This document shows positions 26,030 through 37,583 of a DNA stretch of 64,000 nucleotides, one piece after another; within the stretch, counting starts at the first letter, position 1; each line of letters starts with the position of its first letter. The position numbers were made by a program, and so were the translations under genes. The stretch is from Dendrobates tinctorius (Eukaryota), in assembly GCF_039654945.1 (NCBI RefSeq), contig NW_027361684.1:29202001-29266000 (forward strand), given 5' to 3'. The notes under the pieces are model-generated. The model was given only the letters and a program-made list of their open reading frames with translations, made no database searches and was not told where the DNA came from.

Positions 26030-26450
26030 TGTGGCAGGGCTAAGGGTCGTGTAATCGATGGGAGATGTGTCTCATAAATGGCTTGTCTCCATAATGTAAG
26101 GCATAACAAATATTGCTGTATTATTATTGTTTGAAGGACCTGTGGTGAGGTCACAGTCATGTGACCAGTCAGCTGCTGGGTTCGTGGGTGTGGCAGCTAC
26201 ACCCTTATAATGTGGTCTGCTCTTGAACCAGGCAGCTGTGTGTGAGGGGGGTATACACCTCCTGTGTGCGCTGAGGCTCGCAGACTGAGCCTGAAGGAAA
26301 GGACATTCGTTGTTACTTTGTCTCCTGAACTGAAGGCTGTTTATTTTGGTGACGTTCTGTTTGGTTTATGACGTAATAAGCCGCATGAACTTTAAGGGAA
26401 CCTGCCTCCTGACTGTCTCCCGTCGCACCTAAGCGAGTAGAATCCCTACA
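26030..26450 (+). repeat. 5' LTR
   Basis: Direct repeat of 30673-31076 with roughly nine substitutions and a few indels. Confidence 0.93.
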
Positions 26451-26553
26451 ATTGGTGCTAGATGTGCGGGCAGAGTTCCCAGCAGAGACTTGACTCCGTT
26501 GCTGCATGTCCTGGGTAAAGTTTTCAGCGAGGCAGCAAGCTCTACCCGGAATA

Positions 26554-27772
26554 ATGGAGGACCTGCTGAAACACCTGGTCCAGGCCCAGACACAGGCTGT
26601 TCTTACAGCAGCTCCAGCAGAGCCAGCAGGAGCAACGGCAGCTGATGCAGCTTCTGGCATCCGCCATCCAGGAGGGCAGGACGAGGCCCCAACCCCAGGT
26701 CCGGCTGATGCCACCCCACGTCATGAAGGCGGTAAGACACGCATTGCAAAAAATGACCCCCGAGGATGATGTGGATGCCTTCCTGACGGTGTTTGAGAAG
26801 GTGGCTGAGGAAAAACTTCAGCCAGAGCGGTGGGCAGAGGTACTGGCCTCATACCTAACAGGGGAGCCCCAGAAGGCGTACTTTGACCTAACTGTACAAG
26901 ACGCCAGAGAGTATCCCAAATTAAAAGCGGAAATTCGCGCACGCTTGGGGGTAACAATGTCTACCAGGGCACAGCAACTTCATCGCTGGGCCTATCACCG
27001 GGACAAACCGCCGCGCTCCCAAATGTTCGGCCTGTTGCACCTGGTCCAGAAATGGCTGCAACCAGAGTCGTCTTCCCCAGCACAGATGGTAGAGCAAGTG
27101 GTCATGGATCGGTTTGTGCATTCTCTACCGAGACCCCTACAGACTTGGGTTGCCCAGGGTGATCCCCAAAATGCCGATGAGCTGGTTGGGCTGGTCGAGA
27201 GATACCAGGAGATGGAAGGTTCCTTGGGGAAGCAGCCCATTCCGTATTGGGGTCCCAGCAGGGGGCGGAGTCCCAAAAAGGGGTGGCGCGTCCAAGGTCA
27301 AAAGGGGCAGGGGAGGCCCAAGGACCCCACGGGTGATATTATTTGCAGGAAGTGCCACGGGCCTGGACATATAGCTGCCCGTTGTTCCCAGACCACGGAG
27401 CAGATGGACTGCAGCATGGGACGCCGTAGTTCATACTACGCATATCCAGTTTGCAGTGTGAATTCGCCACCTAACAAGGGGCCACAAGCATGTCCCGTGA
27501 AGGTGAACGGGCGAGCAGCAATGGCGCTTCTAGACTCCGGGAGCTTGGTGACCCTTTTGAGGGCCAGTTTTCATCTCAACATACTCCCGGGTAAAAAGAT
27601 TGGCGTTCGGTGCATACATGGCGATGCAAAGGACTGCCCTATGGCCAGGGTGAACATTGAAATGGCGCATGGCACAGAGTCGCATGAAGTTGGCGTTGTT
27701 CGAGATTTGTTGCATCCTATAATTATTGGCCGGTATTTCTGTGTTTTGGGATCTGTGGGGGAAGGGTTCTGA
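26554..27772 (+). pseudogene. Gypsy gag (SCAN-like capsid, CCHC knuckle) plus aspartic protease
   Basis: MEDLLKHL start; DDVDAFLTVFE..W; KWLQPE..EQVVMDRFVHSLP..WV; CRKCHGPGHIAARC; LLDSGS; frameshifted. Confidence 0.88.
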
Positions 27773-27924
27773 GTGTGCTAGCAAGAGCAGGGAACCAATC
27801 CACCCCAAGGAGGTATCGCCACCACCAGAGGCAGACGGGTTTCCATTATGTGTCCTTGTTGGGGATGAAGAGAAAGGGTCCCCTGTACCTGACATCCTGG
27901 AGTTAGGGGTGGCCGGGGAGAATT

Positions 27925-29113
27925 TTGGGACTGCCCATCATAGGGACCACGCTGAGGGAAGCCTTTAACAATGTCACCGTCATTAATGGGGTTGCACAAG
28001 AGCCGGGAGCAGACACAAGGTTTCCCCATTTTATGTTGAGTGGGGAATTGTTGTACTGGGTCACGAAAATAAGGGAAGAGGTGGGAGAGCAGTTAATAGT
28101 ACCAGGCCCCTATAGACGGAAAGTGTTGGACATGGCCCATTCACACATCTTGGGGGGACACCTGGGGGTGGAAAAAAACGCAGGAACGGATTGTACAGAG
28201 GTTCTATTGGCCTGGGTGTCACTGGGAAATAGCAAACTATTGCAGGTCTTGCCCGACATGTCAGTTAACTGCCCCCACATCTCATTTTCGGAACCCTCTT
28301 GTGCCACTGCCCATTATTGAGGTGCCATTTGAGAGAATTGCCATGGACTTGTTCGGTCCCTTGTTTAAATCAGCTCGGGGCCATCAGTATATATATATAT
28401 ATATATTAGTCATCCTGGACTACGCCACACGCTATCCTGAGGCCATTCCCCTGAGAAACTCCTTCACGAAGAGTATAGCCCTCGAGCTGGTCCATGTGTT
28501 TTCCCGGACGAGTTTGCCGAAGGAGATCCTGACCGACCAGGGGGCACCTTTTATGAGCAAGGTGATGAGGGAGTTGTGCAGAGTCTTGCAAATCTCCCAG
28601 TTGAGGACTTCAGTGTACCATCCGCAGTCAGATGGCCTTGTTGAGAGGTTTAACAAGACACTGAAGAGCATGCGGAGAAAAGTCATAGAGAAAGATGGTA
28701 GAGACTGGGATTGTCTCTTACCGTATTTACTGTTTTCTATACGTGAAGTTCCCCAGGCCTCCACAGGGTTCTCTCCCTTCGAGCTTCTGTACGGCCGGCA
28801 TCCGCGAGGTCTCCTAGATATAGCCAAGGAAACCTGGGAAGCCGAAGTCACGCCCCACAGAAGCGTCATTGAGCATGTGGCACTGATGCAGCAGAGGGTT
28901 GCGAAGGTGATGCCCATTGTTATAGAACATCTCCGCCAGGCACAAGAGGCTCAGGCCAGGGTCTACAACCGGTCAGCCAAAGTGAGGCAGTTCAATCCGG
29001 GAGACAGAGTTCTTGTGCTAATCCCGACGGTGGAGAGTAAGTTCTTGGCCAAGTGGCAAGGGCCATATGAGGTGGTGGAGAAGCCGGGAGACGTAAACTA
29101 CAAGATCCACTAA
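27925..29113 (+). pseudogene. Gypsy integrase (upstream of RT)
   Basis: HSHILGGHLG zinc-binding part; PFERIAMDLFGP, LTDQG, DGLVERFNKTLK (DDE); WQGPY module; frameshift near 28178. Confidence 0.9.
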
Positions 29114-29197
29114 CCCGGAAGATGGAAGCCATACCAGGTTTACCATGACAACCTCATCAAGCCGTGGCAAGATAGAGAGCCAGCGGTAACTCCGTGC

Positions 29198-30660
29198 TTG
29201 CTGGGCAACCTAGAAGGGGAGGTTGGAGCAGTTACCATAGCGGAGACGCTATCAAAGGCCCAGAAACAGCAGTGCCGGGAGTTACTCCAGAAAAACAGGG
29301 ACCTCTTCTCAGAGTTTCCGGGGTGCATGAAGGTGGTGGAGCATGAAGTTCTGACCAAGCCACATGTGCGGGTGAACGTGAAACCGTATCGTATTCCTGA
29401 GGCCTGGCGAGAGGGAATCTCCAAGGAGGTGCAGCGTATGTTGAAACTCGGGGTCATTGAGGAATCCAAGAGCGGCTGGTCGAGCCCGATTGTCCTGGTC
29501 CCAAAACCTGATGGTGAATGGAGGTTCTGCAACGAATACCGGAAGCTGAATGAGGTCTCCAAGTTCGATGCTTATCCCATGCCACGCGTTGATGAGCTCA
29601 TCGAGAGACTTGGACCTGCCAGGTACATAACCACTTTGGATCTGACAACGGGATACTGGCAGATCCCCATGGCACAGGAAGCCAAGGAGAAGACGGCATT
29701 CTCCACACCAGACGGGTGCTTCCAGTATGTCCGGATGCTGTTTGGCCTGCAGGGAGCTCCGGCAACCTTCCAGAGGGCTATGGATAGAATCCTTGCACCT
29801 CATAAGCTATACGCTGCCGCGTACCTGGATGATATAGTCATCTTTACCCCGGACTGGGAGTCTCACCTGGAAAAGGTCCAAGCAGTGCTTGACGCTCTAA
29901 GGGAGGCGAGGTTTACAATAAACCCGAAAGTGTGCCTTGGGTAAGGAGGAAGCCAAGTACCTCGGATATGGAGAGGGGCGTGGCGAGATCAAACCCCAAA
30001 TCAATAAAGTGGAGGCAATTCAAACATGGCCGATACCACTGTCAAAGAAGCAAGTTAAAGCCTTCCTGGGGATTGTGGGATATTACAGGAGGTTCATCCC
30101 AAACTTCGCCACAATGGCTGCACCTCTAACTGATCTGCTTAAGGGGATAAAGTCAGTGATGGTCAGCTGGTCCGAAGAAGCAGAGTCAGCCTTCCAAGAA
30201 ATGAAGGGAGCTCTTTGTAAGCAACCCGTTTTGGTGGCCCCAGACTTTAAATGTGAATTTGTCCTCCAGACAAGATGCCTCAGATGTCGGGGTAGGAGCA
30301 GTCCTTTCCCAAGAGATACGTGGGGAGGAGCATCCTGTTCTCTACTTGAGTAGGAAGTTGACTTCTTGTGAGAGAAATTACTCAGTTGTAGAGGAGTGTT
30401 TGGCCATAAAATGGGCAGTGGATACATTACGGTACTACCTGGTGGGACGGAAGTTTAGATTAATATCCGACCATGCCCCACTCAGGTGGATGAGGGAAAC
30501 AAAGGGTAAGAATGCTAGGGTCACCCGCTGGTTCTTAGCCCTTCAAGACTTTAGCTTCCATGTAGAGCATAGGGCCGGGAAGCTACATGGGAATGCCGAT
30601 GCCCTCTCCAGAATCCCTTGCCTGGTAGGTGAAAGTGCCAAGCCCCACGGCTTTAGGTAG
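29198..30660 (+). pseudogene. Gypsy reverse transcriptase plus RNase H
   Basis: WSSPIVLVPKPDG, LDLTTGYWQI, FGLQGAPATFQ, YLDD; DASDVGVGAVLSQ, ECLAIKWA, SDHAPL, NADALSR; two frameshifts. Confidence 0.92.
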
Positions 30661-30672
30661 AGAGGGGAGGTA

Positions 30673-31076
30673 TGTGGCAGGCTAAGGGTCGTGTAATCGA
30701 TGGGAGATATGTCTCATAAATGGCTTGTCTCCATAATGTAAGGCATAACAAATATTGCTGTATTATTGTTTTGAAGGACCTGTGGTGAGGTCACAGTCAT
30801 GTGACCAGTCAGCTGCTGGGTTCATGGGTGTGGCTACACTCTTATAATGTGGTCTGCTCTTGAACCAGGCAGCTGTGTGTGAGGGGGGTATACACCTCCT
30901 GTGTGCGCTGAGGCTCGCGGACTGAGCATGAAGGAAAGGACATTCGTTGTTACTTTGTCTCCTGAACTGAAGGCTGTTTATTTTGGTGACGTGCTGTTTG
31001 GTTTATGATGTAATAAACCGCATGAACTTTAAGGGAACCTGCCTCCTGTCTCACCTAAGCGAATAGAATCCCTACA
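30673..31076 (+). repeat. 3' LTR
   Basis: Direct repeat of the 5' LTR, preceded by the polypurine tract. Confidence 0.93.
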
Positions 31077-32504
31077 GTATATATTTTATTTTTTTCTCTC
31101 TCCTAACCCCATCAAACGAGATCTCTAAGCTCAATAGTAATGTATCATTATATATTTATTGGCTGGTCTTGATGACCTACTGAAAAAAGAATATGGGCAG
31201 ATATGAATCCTGCTGACCAAATACAAGGGATCAAAACTTTCAAGAATTACATGATAAAATATTCGAAAAATACATTTATTTAGTAAACTGTATGAAAGAT
31301 TAAGCGAATTCCCCCCCCCCAATATTTGTAAATATAAAAACAAAATTATAAAGTTTACTAATTAGGCGTCCAAAATATACATAGTAGAGCATAACAAAGT
31401 AATCACAAACAATTTTCAGTCTTTATGAAAAGATTTTGTAATATAGGAAATTGTCACTTGCTAGTGTTCTACATGTGGTCCGCCAATGTCTGGAATGAAA
31501 AGCGCAAATTATGGGTCTCTAGCTCATCCTATTAAGCCTAAGTTCACATGGGCACCGAGTCCTGCAGACCGGTCACACGTCAAATTGTGGACATGACTGG
31601 CTCCCCATACAGCACCATGTGCTTGTCCGCATAGCTTATATCCGAAACAGGATTTGGGCGTATGCGATAATTGGGCCATTGACTTTAACGATGCAGACGG
31701 AGTGCATCATTTTCGGCCATACGCGCCACATCAAATGTGTATGGGGGGCTTTGTCCAGTCCTTTCAGCCAAACAGAAGTCTCCCAGCTTTTTCTTACAGC
31801 AAATATTTTCAGATACAGAAACTGCAAGTCGTGTTTGATACCATTTTGCAGCAGAGTCTACTGTAGGACAGAGGTTTCGGAACATTACAGAGAGCGTGCA
31901 GAGGGGAAGAGGCCATAAAAATGGACATGTGAATTTCTCTTGCTTCATCCATTGCAATCTTTTCCCTTTTTTGGACTCACATTCGCATTGTGCAAACAAG
32001 GCCTAGTAGATAAGAACATGATCATGTAACTGAGCAATCATTACTTAATATCAGAGATAACTTTACCCGTTATCTTTGTCCTTCGCCCGTTATCATATTG
32101 CAATAAGACTTTGGCACAGACAGACAAAATTTAAAAATGGTGAACAAAAGACAAATTTTCCATTATTTATAGTGTTACACTCGATCGCACACTCGCATAC
32201 GGCCACCAGCCATGATTGCAGATGGCCAAGACTAGGACAGCTTCAGAAGAAAGACCAATTTTCATTAATGACTGATTGGAAAAAGATTTCCATGCTTTGT
32301 TCTAATGGAGAATTGTATCTATTAACGTTCGCATCTAAAGTAGGACGACTAGTGACATTTTTCTTATTTTACATCAGATGTTAGTCCAACTAAAAAGAAA
32401 AAAAAATCAAATCGGTAAATGATTTCATTTAGGAGCATCACCGTCCATAATTCTCCAACATTAGGTTGTATTAAGACGCTTTATCTGCTCGTCTGCCATG
32501 GTCT

Positions 32505-32755
32505 TTACTTTCTCTTCCGCTTTTCTTCTTTAGAATATCGAGGACTGAACAACATGGTGAGCAGGATGAGCAGCGGGATCACCAGGTATGGGGAGTAGAT
32601 GGACACCAGGGTTAGACGCTCCTGCTGGCTCGGAGAATCTACTTGGCTTGTTTTTGGGAAGTCGCCATAAAGAAGATGGGCAAGAATGGGCAAAACTGTA
32701 GTGGCTACATGGGATGAATAGACAATGGCAGGAATTCTGATCCAGCGACATCCTC
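32505..32755 (-). CDS. TMEM97: TMEM97 (sigma-2 receptor, EXPERA domain) exon 3
   Basis: GCRWIRIPAIVYSSHVATTVLPIL...ERLTLVSIYSPYLVIPLLILLTMLFSPRYSKEEKRKRK*; lysine-rich ER-retention-type tail; spliced CDS 120+145+251 = 516 nt = 171 aa. Confidence 0.95.
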
Positions 32756-33556
32756 CTGAATATGGAAGGAGCAGAAATAGAATTAGTCTTCACTGATAAA
32801 GATTGTAATACTCATGGTTATCAGTTCAAAGGCCGAATGTGATTACCGACAGCCCAATGTCCAAGGAGCAGAGAAGAAAGAGCATTCCCAGAACTAACCA
32901 AAGTAAAACAGGGCAGGGGCTACACACAGATATTACGGGGGCTATCCAACTCAAATTTATGTTTTATATAAAGATGGTATAAAACAAGAATAGATAAACA
33001 ATATTCACCTCTTGTCCTCTAACTATCCAACACTAATGCTGCGGCAATCTTCTGAGTCTGTGTGCGCCTGCACCGGTCACATACTAATCGCTTGTGATCA
33101 GCGGCCTCAGCAGTCACATGTAACTCACTGCCAAGCGGTGATGCCAGTAGTTTAGCACCTGGCTCCTGTGGCCGGTGATTGGCTGTGACTCACCACGTGT
33201 AAAAGTGGACTGGGAGGACCGCTACCGTAGGAGCATCAGTTTTGGATTGCAGGTAGTTGGTGCGAATTGATTTGCAGGACCCGGTCATGCGGAAAGGCCG
33301 ATGTTCTGTGCCGTTGGATGGGAGCCCTGAGAACCTCCTCATAACTTCTGACATCAGTCACTCAAATTCTGATTAACCGGCCTGATGAAACGTGTGTCAG
33401 GCCGCACAATGATATGATGCCAGTCTGGCCAATTAAAACAAGAAAAAAAGCTCAGGACGTTCTCAGGGAAAAGGCAGTACACAGGGCTCCTGTCTGAATG
33501 CCACAGATTACAGACCCTGCCCTACTAATTGATTCGCTCCAACTCTGTGGTTTTAA

Positions 33557-33967
33557 AGGGAACCTGTCACTTGTTTCATGCTGCTCTAACCATAACTCCG
33601 TGAGCCAGAGCCTGGCTGCACAATTAGTCATGTATGTTTCAAGATCTGGCCGTAGACCATAGGCGGAGATGAGATTGGTCCAACGCTGGCCCAGTTGGCT
33701 TTTCTAAGCACCACTAGAAGTGATTGATGGGTCTCTCACCAAGTATACACCTAAGAGAGACCGGTCAGTCACCTGGAGTAGTACGGCGAGAAGCCAGCCT
33801 GGTCTAGTCTCTGCCTATGGTCCCCAGCCAACATTTTGACCAATACATTGGCTCTGGAATATTGGGGAATTTCAGAGTAAAATATCCCTGGCTACAATCA
33901 TGCAGCCAGACTCAGATTCATGTTGATCGTGGGTTGGGGCAGCATGAACCGACTGACAAGTATCCAT
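33557..33967. mobile_element. Kolobok/T2-type MITE in TMEM97 intron 2
   Basis: TTAA TSD; agggaacctgtca / tgacaagtatccat termini. Confidence 0.6.
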
Positions 33968-34469
33968 TTAAATCATTATAAATCCCCAGTAGGTACAAAG
34001 CCAAGAATAAAAAAAAAAACAAAAAAAAACCATTTACTTTTCTGAACTTGATCTGCAGACACAAGCTGTGGACAGCCATAGCGTGGTTTCTGGAAGAAAG
34101 AAGCCATGTGTTCTCTAATCCCGAACAACCCGTTTTGGATTTGTAGGGGTATATTCACATGACAAGGGTTCATAGGAAAAGCTGAAATCTACAGCTTGCT
34201 TCTTCACATGCAGGGTATCGCATGTGTATTATTTTAGCGAAACTGACTTTTCTGCAGGGAATCTGCATGAATACCAGGAATGCGGCAGATTACAACATCA
34301 GCAGTACAGTCATTATTCTGCACGGATTATCTCCACAGCACACGTACCTCTTCACGTGCATTGCTCAAAATTTTTACCGCATCAAGGCACAGAATAGGAA
34401 TCATACCCACCATGGGTGAGCATCGTCTAATGATAGCTTCAAGACAATAAGTGACTGGATGACACTCAC

Positions 34470-34614
34470 CTTTCAGGAAAGCATATGCAGCCACAGGGAA
34501 GAATGGAAGCTGCAAGATGCCTTCACAATATACAAAGCTCTTAAACCATGGAGGGGGGTTCATCATCAGGTGGTCTTTAAAGGTGACCGTGTACCATTTC
34601 ATCAAATCAAGGAG
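34470..34614 (-). CDS. TMEM97: TMEM97 exon 2
   Basis: LLDLMKWYTVTFKDHLMMNPPPWFKSFVYCEGILQLPFFPVAAYAFLKG; tttcag acceptor, GTGAGT donor; 145 nt. Confidence 0.95.
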
Positions 34615-35621
34615 CTGAAAAACAGAAAATTGCACAAAATATTTTTTTTTATTATTAACAAATCTTGCCTGTAACTTCTGAACATTTTTGACATGTCAAA
34701 CTTAGATCAGTGAGGGTCAGGCTGCTGAGACCCTCATTGTTGGCTGAAATTAAGGGGATAAATCACTTGGGTAATTGCCATGCCCCCCCCTGAAGAAGGA
34801 TAGGAGGCCATAGAAATCAAAGAGAAAGTGCAGAGATTCATATCAGTGATGGTCACCGCACCCCCACTGATGAAAGACTCTTCTCACATGCCGCAGTGGT
34901 GCTCACGGTCTTCAGCAGGTTCGCTCGCACTTGGCTGTTCCATGATTCTGTTAGTGCCTGTGCTAGACACCCTAGATATTGCAGCGCTGTTTCATTGAAG
35001 TGAATAAGAAAACAATGTATCACTGCTGACAAGAGTACCAACCAGCCTGCAAGCTGCTGTAACCGGGCGCCACAGCCTTTTCTGAATGCTGATCAGAGGT
35101 GGTCCCGATAGCTGGACCCTCAACAATATAATACTGATAAAGCCATCAAATTCTAAAGGCTGGATATTCCCTTTAAATTTTTCAGGCACTGACCGGCCTG
35201 CAGAGATCGTACCCGTCATCTTCCAATGGAGGTCAATAAGACATGTACAGGCTCTCGGGGAAACCTTATCCATTCAAGCCAGACGCGCTCCATATACGTA
35301 CGAGGTCCTCTGATCATACACTGCACATGGAAAACTGCAGAGGAACTGCCCAGCGAGTCCAGAGGGCGTCCTGCTCAGAATACGGGGCCATTCTGAAGAA
35401 CTGGGGTCAGACCTGCGGACCTCCACGTGCTCTGACCCAGGCATGTGACATAGCGCCCACCATACAGTGCAGCCATTACCAGCTATGGGTCACTAGGGTT
35501 ATATTCACACACAGATTTGTTTCACAAACGATTTAGAACCTCGCTCTTCATCAGACCACGGGCGGCAGGAAACCACGTGCAGGAGTGTCTGCACCAAACG
35601 TGACACTTCTGAATCTCCCCT

Positions 35622-36798
35622 AAGTAGGTGAGGAGCCGCTGCTGCGCCGATAACCCCTCATTGTAAGCGAGGAGCCGCTGCTGTGCCGATAACCTCTCAT
35701 TGTAGGTGAGGAATCGCTGCTGCGTCGTTAACACTCATTGTAGGCGAGGAGCAGCTGCTGCGCCGTTAACCCTTCAATGTAGGTGAGGAGCCGCTACTGC
35801 GCCGTTAACCCTGCACTGTGCGCGAGGAGCTGCTGCTGCGCCGTTAACCCCTCATTGAAGGCGAGGAGCCGCTGCCGCGCCGTTAACCCTTCACTGTACG
35901 CCAGGAGCCGCTGCTGCGCCGCTAACCCTTCACTGTACGCCAGGAGCCGCTGCTGCGCCGTTAACCCCTCATTGTAGGCGAGGAGCCGCTGCTGTGCCGT
36001 TAACCCTTCAATGTAGGCGAGGAGCCGCTGCTGCGCCGATAACCCCTCATTGTAGGCGAGGAGCCGCTGCTGCTGCGCCGTTAACCCTTCACTGTACGCC
36101 AGGAGCCGCTGCTGTGCCATTAACCCTTCACTGTATGCCAGGAGCCGCTGCTGCGCCGTTAACTCCTCATTGTAGGCGAGGAGCTGCTGCTGCGCCGTTA
36201 ACCCTTCATTGTAGGCGAGGAGCCGCTGCGCCGTTAACCCTTCAATGTAGACGAGGAGCCGCTGCTGCGCCGATAACCCCTCATTGTAGGCGAGGAGCCG
36301 CTGCTGCGCCGTTAACCCTTCACTGTAGGCAAGGAGCCGCTGCTGCGCCATTAACCCTTCACTGTAGGCGAGGAGCCGCTGCTGCGCCGTTGACCCTTCA
36401 CTGTAGGCGAGGAGCCGCTGCTGCGCCATTAACCCTTCACTGTAGGCGAGGAGCCGCTGCTGCGCCGTTGACCCTTCACTGTAGGCGAGGAGCCGCTGCT
36501 GCGCCTATTAACCCTTCACTGTAGGCGAGGAGCCGCTGCTGCGCCGTTGACCCTTCACTGTAGGCGAGGAGCCGCTGCTGCGCCTATTAACCCTTCACTG
36601 TAGGCGAGGAGCAGCTTCTGCGCCGTTGACCCTTCACTGTAGGCGAGGAGCCGCTGCTGCGCCGTTGACCCTTCACTGTAGGCGAGGAGCCGCTGCTGCG
36701 CCTATTAACCCTTCACTGTAGGCGAGGAGCAGCTTCTGCGCCGTTGACCCTTCACTGTAGGCGAGGAGCCGCTGCTGCGCCTATTAACCCTTCACTGT
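35622..36798. repeat. 39-bp CpG-rich minisatellite in TMEM97 intron 1
   Basis: aggcgaggagccgctgctgcgccgttaacccttcactgt, ~30 copies. Confidence 0.95.
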
Positions 36799-37114
36799 GC
36801 TGTAATCACTGCCCCATGCGCCCATCGCTGAAGCGTAACTGTGACTCCATTCACAAGAACAGAACAATGGCGCGAGGATGAGCGACGTCCGCAGCATCAC
36901 CAGTAATCCGGAGATTTTATGCATGAAGTGCAACCAAAATGGAGCCGTTGCCCCCAGCAACCAATTAGGTTTGTGAGATGTGGTTGCTAGGGGCACGTGC
37001 TCCGCTTGTCTCCTGCCGCTGTTTTGGTAAATCCCCCATCGTGAGTCTGTGGGACTCTGGTAACCAGCACCAGGGAATGACAGCACAATCCGCCGCCTCT
37101 GCCCGGACACTCAC

Positions 37115-37234
37115 CTGCGGCGGGTACCAGCTGGCGGGCAGGATGGGCTGCAGGTCCACTAGCAGGGTGATGGGGATGTGGGAGAAGAAGTAGAAGAAGA
37201 ACAGCCACTCCAGCAGGCGGGTGACAGAGGCCAT
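37115..37234 (-). CDS. TMEM97: TMEM97 exon 1 (coding part)
   Basis: accATGG Kozak; MASVTRLLEWLFFFYFFSHIPITLLVDLQPILPASWYPPQ; CAG|GTGAGT donor; 120 nt. Confidence 0.95.
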
Positions 37235-37279
37235 GGTGTCCGGGAGCAGCGCCGCGCAGACGGCAGGCAGAGCGCTCAC

Positions 37280-37410
37280 CGAACACCCCACACTGCGGGC
37301 TCCGCCTACTGCCACAGGCCGGCCAATCACAGCACAGCCCGTCATATCACATGACAACGGGAGGAAAAGGTAAAAGGCAACAAGCGGCAGTGACTGAGGC
37401 GGGAGAGGCG
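37280..37410 (-). promoter_or_regulatory. TMEM97 proximal promoter
   Basis: CCAAT box 37323-37327, SRE-like AACACCCCAC 37282-37291, E-box ATCACATGAC 37346-37355, GC box gaggcggg. Confidence 0.5.
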
Positions 37411-37583
37411 TTCAGCGGTGGAAACGAAGCACAGCAGGCATGGCGGAGAGACGCCTCTAACCACGGTGTACATAGACCACACAACATAACAGTGTCCCCC
37501 ACAATGCCAGAGCACCCAAATAAGTGCCCCCATAACATAAGTGCCCCCACATCAGAGCACCCCCATAACAGTGCCCCCACATC

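Larger units (their letters stand above)
26030..31076 (+). mobile_element. Full-length Gmr1-like Ty3/Gypsy LTR retrotransposon
   Basis: TG..CA LTRs 26030-26450 and 30673-31076; 4-bp TSD GTAT (26026-29, 31077-80); PBS tggtgctagatgtgcgggca; PPT agagaggggagg; domain order gag-PR-INT-RT-RH. Confidence 0.95.

Noticed and set aside
35794-36524. Coiled-coil-like AQQRLLAYSEGL ORF
   Set aside because: A 39-bp unit is a multiple of three, so frames stay open by chance; it is intronic with no exon boundaries.
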